From: an uncultured Phycisphaerales bacterium
GTDB lineage: Bacteria > Planctomycetota > Phycisphaerae > Tepidisphaerales > Tepidisphaeraceae
Assembly (NCBI GenBank): GCA_963758525.1
Contig: CAVWVQ010000003.1
Span: forward strand, 320,001-384,000
Reading direction: 5' to 3'
DNA: 64,000 bases
Shown: in pieces, positions 13,631 to 23,610 of the stretch
Layout: each line of letters opens with the position of its first letter
Numbering within the stretch: the first letter of the stretch is position 1
Translations under genes and position numbers: made by a program
Notes under the pieces: generated by a model
The model's input: the letters and a program-made list of their open reading frames with translations, nothing else
Databases searched by the model: none
Told to the model about the DNA's origin: nothing

Positions 13631-14212
13631 ATGCCTTGGAACGATTGGTACCACATCATGTGCCAGACGTATGGGACTTGGCTTCCGGGCGATCCGAAGG
13701 GGTTTCGGACGCAGCATCATCGGGAGCATATTGACGGTGATTACCGATCCCCGCCGCCGGCGGGGCGCGATGCGGAGCGATGGGCTCACGCGAAGCGGAT
13801 CATGCGCCGGGAGCCGGTCTATCTCACGCTCCCCCAGCGACAGCGGGCAGGGGATGAGATTGTGCGATCGTTCGCGAAGCGACATATCGAACTGAAGGTG
13901 ATCAGTATTGATTGCGTTCATCTGCACGCGCTGTCGCCGCATCCGGATCGGAATCCACGCCATCATATGGGCATCGCAAAGCGAGAATGCAGCCACTACA
14001 TGAAGCAAGACAACCTTGCTCCCGCCGGCGGGCTTTGGGGCGTGCGATGCGAGTGCGTACCGATCAAAGATGCGAAGCACTTTGACAATGTGGATCGATA
14101 CATCCTCGATCACGAGTCGAAAGGCGCCGCTGTCTGGTCCCCAACATATCAACCGCAACGATTGATTAATGAGATGGACGACTTCGATCCCGGTACGCTG
14201 CTGCTGGATTGA
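13631..14212 (+). CDS. Y1/HUH transposase-like protein (RAYT/IS200 TnpA fold)
   Basis: YHIMCQTYGTWLPGD; HUH motif VHLHAL; GGLW; catalytic-Tyr helix DRYILDH; RBS GGAGGGAG. Confidence 0.75.
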   Translation: MPWNDWYHIMCQTYGTWLPGDPKGFRTQHHREHIDGDYRSPPPAGRDAERWAHAKRIMRREPVYLTLPQRQRAGDEIVRSFAKRHIELKVISIDCVHLHALSPHPDRNPRHHMGIAKRECSHYMKQDNLAPAGGLWGVRCECVPIKDAKHFDNVDRYILDHESKGAAVWSPTYQPQRLINEMDDFDPGTLLLD

Positions 14213-14242
14213 ATGCCGAGGGTGCAAGCACCCTCGGCGTTC
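14211..14242. repeat. Fourth copy of the CCGAGGGTGCAAGCACCCTCGG palindrome, at the RAYT stop codon
   Basis: GAATGCCGAGGGTGCAAGCACCCTCGGCGTTC. Confidence 0.85.
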
Positions 14243-14266
14243 GGGCGCGCGATCCGTTCAATTCCT

Positions 14267-17193
14267 TCACTCGTTTTTACACGTGTGTTTCTCCAGGCGC
14301 CAGCGGAGGATCGGGCGCACGACGATCACGGCGGCGAGGTAGATGCAGAGCGTGCCGACGGCCATCACCCAACCCAGGCTGCGCAGGCCCAGGTGATGGG
14401 CGAAGAGCCAGAAGAAGCCGAAGCTGCTGCTGGTGACGTAGGCGCAGAGAAACAGGGCGCGATCGCTGGCGTCCCACCATCGCCAGGCGCGGCGCGAGTC
14501 GTGGCAGGCTTCGCGATAGCGGTGCACCATGAAGACGCCGTATTCGTGCCCGGCGCCGATGAGGATCGGGAGTCCGAAGAAATTGGCGAAGTTCCAGGGG
14601 ACGCGGAAGAGGCCCATCAGGCCGATCAGCATGGGCAAGCCCAGCGCCAGAACGCTGACCGCGAGCAACGTCTGATCCAGCCGGCGGAGGTCGATCATTA
14701 CGAGCAGCAGAATGATGGCAAGCGCGTACGCAGTGGCCGCGTAGAACGAGTGTTCAATCGCGGCGGTGGAATGGTAAATGTCGGACGCGATGCCAGTCAC
14801 GATCGGTCTGGCGGGAAGAGTGGCAATGCGCGATTCGACTTCGGTCATGAATTTAGCGAGGTCCGCCTGCTTCCAGAGATCGCCGGAGGGATTGATGTAA
14901 AGGGCGTAGGTGCCATCATCGCTCACGTAATGGCCGCGAAGCTGCGCGGGAACCTTTGCCAGATCGAGCGGGGACGGCTGCAACTGCGACAGAAGTGAGC
15001 GCAGTTCAGCGACGAAGAGCGTCTGCCAGGCCGACAGGCGAGCCGCAGTGGCGCGCGGGTCGGGGGCGGTGCGTAATCGCTGGGCAAAATCGCGCAACGA
15101 CTTCGCGGCAAGGCGTCGATCGGCCGCCGCGCTCGCGGGGATATGTGTCACTTCCGGCGAATCTTCTTTTCCCCTCCCCTGGTACTCCGGGGGAGGATTA
15201 GGGTGGGGGTCCGTAGCTTGAGAAAGCTCGTCGGATATCTGCCCGCCTTTGGAAGCAACCGATCGCTCACCGCCCCCACCCCCCCTGCCCTCCCGCGGAG
15301 TACCAGGGGAGGGGGAAAACGCGGTCGGCAACGTGTCAACCGAAGTCTCGTCGTGTGCACCTGCGTCCGGTTCGAGCGCGGCCGCCAATGCCGCCGCGCG
15401 GTCGGCGATCTGCGGCAAATCTTTGGCGTCAACCGGATCCGGTTCTGCCCACTGGACGTTGAGATCACGACCGGCTGCGTGCAGCATCGCGTAATTGTCT
15501 TCCGCGTTGAGCACACTGTCCGTGCTCGCGACCGTGGTCGCGCCAGCCAGCGCGGCGCGGGCCTCACGAAGCACATTCAAATCCTTGGAAAGCACCACCG
15601 CAGACCAGGTTTGAATCTTTCTCACGAGCTTCACCGACGGCAGATCGGGCGCCTGCAGGTCGATCAGATTGGGATTGAATTCGGTGCGGAAACCCAGGGG
15701 AATCGCGATGCACAGCAGCAAGATCCAACTGAGCGGCAGCAGCAATCGCCAGCGGGAAAGCCTTGACGGCTCACGAGCCGGATCGACGCGGGCCGCGGCG
15801 TCAACCGAAACTCGTGCGGGGAAAACCGTGAGCAGCGCCGGCAGCACGGTGTAGCCGGAGAGAAGACACAGGAGCAGTCCCCCGCCGGCGATGATTCCCA
15901 GCTCGGCCGCGCCGCGGAAATCGGTGAAGACCGAGACGAAGAAAGCGGACGCCGCGCCGAGGCAGGCGGTGGTGATGGGCGGTCCGACATAGCGGAAGAC
16001 GGCGATCCAGACGACCGACGGCCGCGCGTGTCTTGCGGCTTCCTGGCGGTAGCGGGTGAGAATCTGCACCAGGTAATCCATGCCGATGCCGATCAGCGCG
16101 ATGATGAAGACCGTGGAGAGCAGATTGAGCCGGCCGACGGAGAGCGTCGCGTACCCGAACGTCCATCCGATGCCGACGGCCAGCGCCAGCTCGGCGGCAA
16201 ACGCGAGCCAGATGGAGCGGAGCATGACGAGCAGGCCGATGAAGACGGCGATGAGCGCGATGATTTCCGAGCGGCGCGAATCGCGGTCGGTGACCTGATC
16301 TTCGTCCGCGTCGAGCACGGGCGCCCGGTCAGACCGACCGAAAATTCCGGATAGGCGCTGGCGGCTTGTTGGACACCATCGCGGATGCGGGAAACGACGT
16401 CCGCTCCAGCGGTGACGGCACTGAAATTTTCCCGCTCGAAGACTTTGATGAGCAGAAGATTCCGGCTCGGATGACTCTGGTCTGGTTCGTAGTAGTAGCC
16501 GAGCGTTCGGGGATCGCTGGGCCCCAGTGCGCGAAGGTCTGGAATCTGGCGCCCCAACGCAAGCGGTTCGTCCGGCGCAGCGAGCGCCTTGTTCCATCCA
16601 TCGGCCACCGCACTGGTGAACTGTGCCTGCTCGTCGGTGCTCTTCGCCAGACGAGCCCCGGCCAGAAAGCGTGCCGTTGGATTTGGGCCAAGCAGACGCA
16701 GTACGGGATTGCTTTCCCCCCACAGTCGCGCCAGTTGCGCCAGGCCGCGGGCCTGGTCAATTTCGTGACGGAGACTGGCCGGATCATCGAAGACAATTCC
16801 CTGCCTGCCGAGCAAGTCGAGCGGAATGCGCTCATCGACGCTTTTGACGGCCTGTGGCATGGCGCGGAGTCTGGCGGCGATGGCGTCGGCCAGGCCCGTC
16901 CATCGCGACGTCGGAGGAACGACCGTTGGATCATTCGACTCGATGACGACGTAGGTCGCTTCGTTTTCGGGAAACAGCTTGTTGAACTCGATCCAGTTGC
17001 GGAAGAAATCCACCTGGTGGGAGAACAGTTCGTTTGACTCTGCCGAGATGTGCAGGCGGAAGAACGCCAGAACAGAACAGGCGGCCACAACGATTGCCGC
17101 GACCGCGAGAGTCGCTTTGGGGCGGGCGACGCCTGCGAGAACGCCGCGCAGAAGCGTTCTGCGGAAGCCGCGCCCCGCGGATTGCGCTGTCAC
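14267..17193 (-). CDS. hpnN: MMPL/RND hopanoid transporter, HpnN-like (frameshift near 16320)
   Basis: Two TM bundles with IGIGMDYLV and IGAGHEYGV motifs; VGLTG and PIVTG linkers; GTG start overlaps the hpnO stop; next to shc. Confidence 0.75.
15167..15319. repeat. CCCCTCCCCTGGTACTCCGGGGGAGG palindromic element inside hpnN
   Basis: Inverted arms 15167-15209 and 15272-15319; same family as 22285-22422, 35398-35516, 45405-45527 and 53600-53728. Confidence 0.85.
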
Positions 17194-18575
17194 GCCAAAA
17201 CCGTCCGCTTCGCCAGGCCCATGACCGTGTTCCACGCGGTGCCGGGAACGCGCTGCGATTCGGCAAGCACGTCTTCCATCGCCGCCAGGAAGTAATCGAT
17301 GTCCTCCTTGCCGATATTGATCGGCGGGAGAAACTTGATGACTTCCGTATGGTATCCCGCGACTTGGGTGAGGATGCGGTGCTTCTCCAGCAGCGGGATG
17401 ATGATCATTTGCCCGAAGACGCCGAAGTTCAGTTTGTGCAGCATGTCCCAGGCAATTTTGAGCCGCATGGATGCGCTGGGACGAGCGAAGTCGATGCCGA
17501 ACATCAATCCTTTGCCGCGAACACCGGAGACGAACGGACAATCGGCCGACACTTCGCGCAGCCGCCGCATGACATATTCGCCCATCGTCGCGGCATGCTC
17601 GACGAGCTTTTCTTCTTCCATGACCTGCAGCGTCGCAAACGCGGCGGCCATCGCCAGATCGTTTTGGCCGAAGGTATTGGAGTGAACGACGCATCGTTCC
17701 ATGGTGTTAAACACACCGTCCATGATGCGCGGGCGCGTGACGACGGCGCCGACCGGAACAAATCCGCCCGACAGCGCCTTGGAGACGCAGAGAATATCCG
17801 GCTCGACGTCCGCCCAGTGCTGATAGCAGAACCACTTTCCGCTGCGCCCCAGCCCCGACTGCACTTCGTCGAGCACCAGCAGCGTTCCATTCTGCCTGCA
17901 AAGCCGCTGCGCCGCGGCAAGATATCCGTCATTGACCACTTCGCAGGTCTTGCCCTGAATGGGCTCCAGGACAAACGCCGCCGCCTGCTTTGATGACAGC
18001 GCCTCTTCCAGCGCCGCCAGATCGTTGAACGGGATGCGAACCATTCCGGGAAGCAGCTCGCCGAAGCGTTCGCGGAAGAAGTCAGCTCCATTGAGCGCCA
18101 GCGCGCCGGTGGTCAGGCCGTGAAACGCGTTATCGCAATAGATGATGTCGCGCCGGCCGGTCACGGCGCGGGAAAACTTGATCGCGGTCTCCACCGTCTC
18201 CGTTCCGCTGTTGGTGAAAAAGACGCGCGACAGTCCATCAGAAGTGTGCTGCGTTAGTTTTTCGGCAACGAGGCCGGCGAGCAAACTCGTATCCATGCGG
18301 ACGAGATTGGGCAGGTCTGCATTTAAGACCTGCTGAAGGACGCCGCGGATTTTGGGATGATTGCGGCCGAGCGCGAAGACTCCCCAGCCGGTCAGCAAGT
18401 CGAGGTAGCGATTTCCCTCTTCGTCCCAGAGATATGATCCTTGTCCGCGGACATACCCTTTGTCAAAGCCAATGGCGCGAAGCATCTTGACAAATATCGG
18501 ATTGATATGATCGATATGAAGGTCGTACGTCTTCTCGCGCTGCGTGTGGAGCCATCCGACGAAATCATCTTGCAT
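17190..18575 (-). CDS. hpnO: Class III PLP aminotransferase, aminobacteriohopanetriol synthase HpnO-like
   Basis: HINPIFVKMLRAIGFDK, GVFALGRNHP, FHGLTTGAL, EPIQGK, DEVQSGLGRSG, SKALSGGFVPVG, VHSNTFGQN; divergent from shc. Confidence 0.8.
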   Translation of the reverse strand: MQDDFVGWLHTQREKTYDLHIDHINPIFVKMLRAIGFDKGYVRGQGSYLWDEEGNRYLDLLTGWGVFALGRNHPKIRGVLQQVLNADLPNLVRMDTSLLAGLVAEKLTQHTSDGLSRVFFTNSGTETVETAIKFSRAVTGRRDIIYCDNAFHGLTTGALALNGADFFRERFGELLPGMVRIPFNDLAALEEALSSKQAAAFVLEPIQGKTCEVVNDGYLAAAQRLCRQNGTLLVLDEVQSGLGRSGKWFCYQHWADVEPDILCVSKALSGGFVPVGAVVTRPRIMDGVFNTMERCVVHSNTFGQNDLAMAAAFATLQVMEEEKLVEHAATMGEYVMRRLREVSADCPFVSGVRGKGLMFGIDFARPSASMRLKIAWDMLHKLNFGVFGQMIIIPLLEKHRILTQVAGYHTEVIKFLPPINIGKEDIDYFLAAMEDVLAESQRVPGTAWNTVMGLAKRTVLA

Positions 18576-18869
18576 CTTGGTGCCTTTGTCGCCCGCAACC
18601 CCGTGCCGCGCGATTATATCGACAGAACGGCTGGCGTGAACCCAAGTCTGTTCATGGGGTTTTAACAAAACGTTCGATAATGTCCTCGCGGATGATGCTT
18701 GCCGTCGCCGGCCAGTCGTGGTAACTCTTCTGGACCCCTGAGGACGCCCGTCCGCAGTTGACGACTTTTCGTCTGACGATAACCGCAATGCCAGGCTTGG
18801 TTTACGCGGGGCAGCCGGCGGCTGTCTCGAAGAAGAAAGGGCCCTGTGACAGTCTCGTCCGCGATTCCC

Positions 18870-20793
18870 ATGACTCATTCACTGCGAGGCACGGTGCACG
18901 TCTCACTGCCTGCACGAACATCGGTGGATTTTGCGCTTCGACAGGCGCAAAACTGCCTGTTGAGCAAGCAACACGCCAAAGGATACTGGGTTGGCGAACT
19001 TCAGGGCGACAGCATTCTCGAATCAGAATACCTGCTGCTGCGGTTCATTCTGGGCTCGGAAGTTGATCCCGAATTGCCGCTGATCGCAAACTTTCTTCGC
19101 GGCCTGCAACAGGCGGATGGAGGGTGGTCGCTATTTCCCGGCGGACCCCCGGACCTGTCTGGAACGGTGAAAGCCTATTTTGCACTGAAGCTGATGGGAG
19201 ACGATCCCGCAGCCGACCATATGCGCCGTGCGCGGGAGTTGATCCTGCGGCTGGGCGGCGCGGAGAAATGCAACAGCTTCACGAAATTTTACTTCGCGGC
19301 TCTGGGGCAGATCAGTTACGACGCATGCCCGAGCATTCCCCCGGAGATCGTTCTGCTGCCCAAGTGGGCATACTTCAATCTATATCACGTCTCCGCCTGG
19401 ACGCGCACGATGATCCTGCCGTTGGCGCTGGTGACGACACTGCGGCCGGTGAGACAGCTTCGCGCGGATCAGGGGATCGACGAATTGTATATCGACAAGG
19501 CCGCGGCCAATCGCGTGGGCGTCCCGTCGAGGGGAGTGCCGACAAACTGGAGCGACCTGTTTCTGCGCGTCGATCAACTGTTGAAGCTTTACGAGCGCGG
19601 CCCCGTGGAATTGCTCCGCAAACACGCGATGGCCGAGGCCGAGCGGTGGCTGCTGGAGCATCTGGAGCATTCCGAGGGGCTGGGCGCGATCTTCCCGCCA
19701 ATGGTCTATATCCTGATCGTGTTCAAAGCGATGGGATATTCTGACGATCATCCGCGCGTGGTGCAGGCGCACGCCCATCTGCGCGATTTCTTCATCCGCG
19801 AAGCAAACACGATCCGGATTCAGCCGTGCTTGTCTCCGGTGTGGGACACGGGGATCGCGCTGCACGGACTGGCCGAGGCTGACCTGCAGATTGATTCCGA
19901 CGCGGCGCTGCGGGCGACGCAATGGCTGCTGGAAAAGGAATGCCGGGTCGCGTCCGACTGGCAGAAGAACTGCCCGGGCGTTGAGCCGTCGGGATGGTTC
20001 TTCGAATTTGAGAATCCGCATTATCCGGATGTCGACGACACCGCCATGGTGGCGATGGCCCTCGCCCGCGCCGGTGGCGCGGCAGCGGCGCCCGCGGTGG
20101 AACGCGGCGTGAAATGGCTGCTGGCGATGCAGAATAATGACGGCGGCTGGGCGGCGTTCGATCGAACGCAGGATCGCCCGATTCTCGAGAAGATCCCCTT
20201 CGCCGATCACAATGCGATGCAGGACCCGAGTTGCCCCGACATCACCGGCCGCGTGCTTGAATGCCTTGGACACTGCGGCATCCCGTTCGATCAGCCGGCG
20301 GTGGCAAGAGCGATTGCATTCATTCGCTCGCGCCAGGATGCCGACGGTTCGTGGTGGGGACGCTGGGGCGTCAACTATGTGTATGGCACGTGGCAGGTGC
20401 TCCTTGGATTGCGCGATCGGCCAGGACATGAACGCCGATTTTGTCCGTCGCGCAGCGAGCTGGCTTCGCGGCGCGCAGAAGCCCGACGGGAGCTGGGGCG
20501 AAACCTGCGAGAGCTATGACGACGTTTCCCTCAAAGGCAAAGGAGAAAGCACCCCGTCGCAAACCGCGTGGGGCGCGATGGGCCTGATGGCGGCAGTTGG
20601 CGCGGATGACCCGGCGGTCGAGAAGGCAATCCACTGGCTGGTGGCGCATCAGACAGCCGACGGATCATGGGACGAAGATTATTATACCGGCACCGGCTTC
20701 CCCAAGGTGTTCTACCTGAAGTATCACCTGTACCGGCTCTACTTCCCGCTGACGGCGTTGGCGCGCTACCGGCGGCTGAGCAACGCCAGTTAA
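18870..20793 (+). CDS. shc: Squalene-hopene cyclase (frameshift near 20410)
   Basis: YPDVDDTA catalytic motif, QW repeats (QNNDGGW, QDADGSW, QKPDGSW), SPVWDT, TGTGFPKVFYLKYHLY. Confidence 0.95.
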
Positions 20794-20834
20794 GGGTTCG
20801 ACCGGCGGCGGAGAACCGGCGTATGAGTGCTCGC

Positions 20835-20990
20835 GCAGAAAGGCTCGATCAATTTCGAGGCTTTAAGTAACGCAATTTCGTAGCACAGCCGTCTCGGCTG
20901 TGGCCCAGAGTCACAGCCGGGACGGCTGTGCTACAAGGGATCGCGGTTCACCGGCTTGGAAACTTCTGCACAAGTTATTCGTGCCTGGCT
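20835..20990. repeat. Composite element: GTAGCACAGCCGTCTCGGCTGTG REP doublet inside outer inverted repeats
   Basis: Core doublet 20880-20934; near-identical elements at ~43992-44150 and ~53750-53910. Confidence 0.85.
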
Positions 20991-21008
20991 CCTCACGCGG
21001 TCGGTCGT

Positions 21009-22253
21009 ATGCCGGTTTCACCTTCAACACCTGTCGACCTCGCAACGGCGTCGGTCGCCGACAACGTGTCGGCGCGATCCGGGGGCGATCGAATCCGCAC
21101 GCCGGGCGGAGCTCTCCGCGTTGCATCGCTGGCGGAGCTGAAAAATGACCCGGCGTGGCTGCGCGCGTTTTCCCGCGTCCGCAAAAACCATCGCTTCTAC
21201 ACGATCGTCGAAGAGACGATTCGCCAGGAATTTGAATACGCATATTTCGTGATCGAGAATGACCGCGGAGAGATCGAAGCGATTCAGCCGTTTTTTCTGT
21301 TGAACCAGGATTTGGTCGAGGGAGCGGGGCCGCGCATTCAGAAGACGCTGGCGGCGATCCGCAGGATCTGGCCGGGGTTTCTCAAGGCGCGCACGCTGAT
21401 GGTCGGCTGCACCGCGGGCGAGGGACATCTGGATCAGGTGGACGACGAGCAGGGCGCGCGCGTCGCGCGGACGTTGCGGGACGGACTGCTGATTTATGCC
21501 AAAGGGGCGCGGGCGGCGATGGTGGTGTTGAAGGAGTTTCCCGCGAAATATCGCAGGCAGCTCGCCGCGTTTTCCGCCGCGGGGTACACCCGCGTTCCCA
21601 GCATGCCGATGACGCGGCTCAACATCGGCTACAAGAACTTTGAAGACTATCTGAATACGGCTCTGAGCAAGAACACGCGGAAGAACCTCCGTCGCAAATT
21701 TCGCGATGCCGAGGAAGCCGAGCCCATCGAGCTGACCATTCTCGACGACGTCTCGCCGATCGTTGACGAGCTGCTGCCGTTGTATCAGCAGGTGTACGAC
21801 CGGTCGAAGCTGCACTTCGAGAAATTGACGAAGGAGTTTCTCATCCGCCTCGGGGGTGAGATGCCGGAGAAGGCGAAGTTTTTTGTGTGGCGGCAAGGCG
21901 GCCGGGCGATCGCGTTCAGCGTGCTGCTGCTGCACGATGACTGTATTTACGACGAATACATTGGAATGGACTACGCGGTCGCGCTGGACCTGCATCTGTA
22001 CTTCTACACCTTCCGCGACATCGTGAGCTGGGGCATCAGCAACGGATACCGCTGGTACATCAGCACGGCTCTGAACTACGACCCGAAGCTGCATCTCAAG
22101 AGTGAACTGCTGCCGTTGGATCTGTATGTTCGGCACACGATGAGCATTGCCAATCTGGTGCTGAAACGCGTGCTGCCGCTGCTGGAGCCGACGCGGAGCG
22201 AGAAAACGCTGCGGGAATTCCCCAATTACGCAGAACTGTGGGGCGACGCATGA
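21009..22253 (+). CDS. FemAB-like/GNAT acyl- or aminoacyl-transferase
   Basis: FEDYLNTALSKNTRKNLRRK, FEKLTKEFL, DEYIGMDY, ALNYDPKLHL; start uncertain (20928 or 21009). Confidence 0.7.
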   Translation: MPVSPSTPVDLATASVADNVSARSGGDRIRTPGGALRVASLAELKNDPAWLRAFSRVRKNHRFYTIVEETIRQEFEYAYFVIENDRGEIEAIQPFFLLNQDLVEGAGPRIQKTLAAIRRIWPGFLKARTLMVGCTAGEGHLDQVDDEQGARVARTLRDGLLIYAKGARAAMVVLKEFPAKYRRQLAAFSAAGYTRVPSMPMTRLNIGYKNFEDYLNTALSKNTRKNLRRKFRDAEEAEPIELTILDDVSPIVDELLPLYQQVYDRSKLHFEKLTKEFLIRLGGEMPEKAKFFVWRQGGRAIAFSVLLLHDDCIYDEYIGMDYAVALDLHLYFYTFRDIVSWGISNGYRWYISTALNYDPKLHLKSELLPLDLYVRHTMSIANLVLKRVLPLLEPTRSEKTLREFPNYAELWGDA

Positions 22254-22254
22254 A

Positions 22255-22908
22255 GTGGCGCACGACTCCGTCGCCAGATCGCTTTTCCCCTCCCCTGGTA
22301 CTCCGGGGGAGGGTCAGGGTGGGGGCAGGCAGAACGGGAACGCTCTGTGGGAGGCGATCCTGCGCTTAGGGACAAACGAACCCCCACCCCAGCCCTCCCC
22401 CGGAGTACCGGGGGAGGGGGAATGCGCGGCGCCGGCGGAGTCGTCGATACTGTCGTCGACGCGCACGACGACCATCGCCGCGCCGCCACTGGCGTCGCGT
22501 TCGCCTGCGTTGATCCGGTGGTTCCTCAACCCTTACGTGCAGATCGGGCTGGGCGCGCTGACCGTGACGACGTCCGAACTTCTGATGAAAGCCGGCGCCA
22601 ACGCGACTGCGGCGCGCCCCACCATCGCCGGCGGGTGGCTGGGCATCGTGGCGCTTACGTCGCTCTGGACGTGGGCGGGAATTCTCTGCTACATCATCAG
22701 TTTTCTCAGTTGGATATACGTCCTGCGTTCCGTGCCGCTGGGGATCGCCTATGCATTGATCAACGTCGCGCACGTGCTGATTCCGATCGGCTCGTGGGCA
22801 TTTCTGCATGAGGCGATCGGGCCTGGGCGCTGGTGCGGCATCGGCCTGGTCGTTCTGGGCCTTTGCCTTCTGGTTGGACCCGTGGCGAAAGTGGAGGCAA
22901 AGCTGTGA
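22255..22908 (+). CDS. SMR/EamA (ArnE/ArnF-like) small membrane transporter; N-terminus includes a palindromic repeat
   Basis: SELLMKAG, WIYVLRSVPLGIAY, FLHEAI..RWCGIGLV; alternative TTG start at 22510. Confidence 0.75.
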   Translation: MAHDSVARSLFPSPGTPGEGQGGGRQNGNALWEAILRLGTNEPPPQPSPGVPGEGECAAPAESSILSSTRTTTIAAPPLASRSPALIRWFLNPYVQIGLGALTVTTSELLMKAGANATAARPTIAGGWLGIVALTSLWTWAGILCYIISFLSWIYVLRSVPLGIAYALINVAHVLIPIGSWAFLHEAIGPGRWCGIGLVVLGLCLLVGPVAKVEAKL

Positions 22909-23252
22909 CGCTCTTCGCCGTCGCCATCTGCACGCTCTGTCAGCTCCTGATTGTCTGCGGACAAATCCTGCTGAAGCACGCCATGACCGATCCGACGGCA
23001 GAGCGGACATCGGCCATGTCGTCGCGCATCCGCAATTTCACCCTCGCCATCGCGTGCATGACACTTTGGTTCTTCCTCTGGCTCGGGCTGATGCGACGGT
23101 GGGACCTCAGCAAGCTCTTTCCATTTGAAGGGCTGAATCCCGCGATGATCGCGATCGCCGCCTGGCTCGTGTTGAAGGAGCATCTGCCAGCCAAGGCGTG
23201 GGTGGGATTGGCGCTGGTGTGCGGTGGGATTGCGCTGGTCGCGCGGAGTTAA
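22905..23252 (+). CDS. Second SMR/EamA (ArnE/ArnF-like) subunit
   Basis: GQILLKHAM, WLGLMRRWDLSKLFPF, LKEHL..WVGLALV; GTGA overlap with the upstream gene. Confidence 0.75.
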   Translation: MTLFAVAICTLCQLLIVCGQILLKHAMTDPTAERTSAMSSRIRNFTLAIACMTLWFFLWLGLMRRWDLSKLFPFEGLNPAMIAIAAWLVLKEHLPAKAWVGLALVCGGIALVARS

Positions 23253-23262
23253 GCGCGGTGAC

Positions 23263-23547
23263 TCAGGCGTGCGTGACCGACCAGAAATTTCGGATCGCTT
23301 CGATCGCCCGCCCGTCGGCGCGATGTGACTCGGCGGTCATCCGCGCCGCGACGGCATTGTACTCGTGAAGCAATTCTTCGGTCTGAAAGCGATCGAGTTC
23401 CAGTGCCCGCGAAAGCGCCGAATGCGAGAGTCGTCCCTCGCGATACAGCGTCACGAGAAAAGCCTCCTTGGCCTTGGCGTTCACATCTTTGAGCCGGTCG
23501 CGCAGACCCTGCTCGATTGCCGTTGGAAGTTGAAAACTGATAGCCAT
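23263..23547 (-). CDS. UPF0175 family protein (putative antitoxin)
   Basis: LYREGRLSHSALSRALELDRFQTEELL pattern. Confidence 0.7.
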   Translation of the reverse strand: MAISFQLPTAIEQGLRDRLKDVNAKAKEAFLVTLYREGRLSHSALSRALELDRFQTEELLHEYNAVAARMTAESHRADGRAIEAIRNFWSVTHA

Positions 23548-23610
23548 TGCGACGTGATGCCTTCCTCTTTGATCATACCAAAGCTATCAGGGGACAACCA
23601 CTAAATATTC

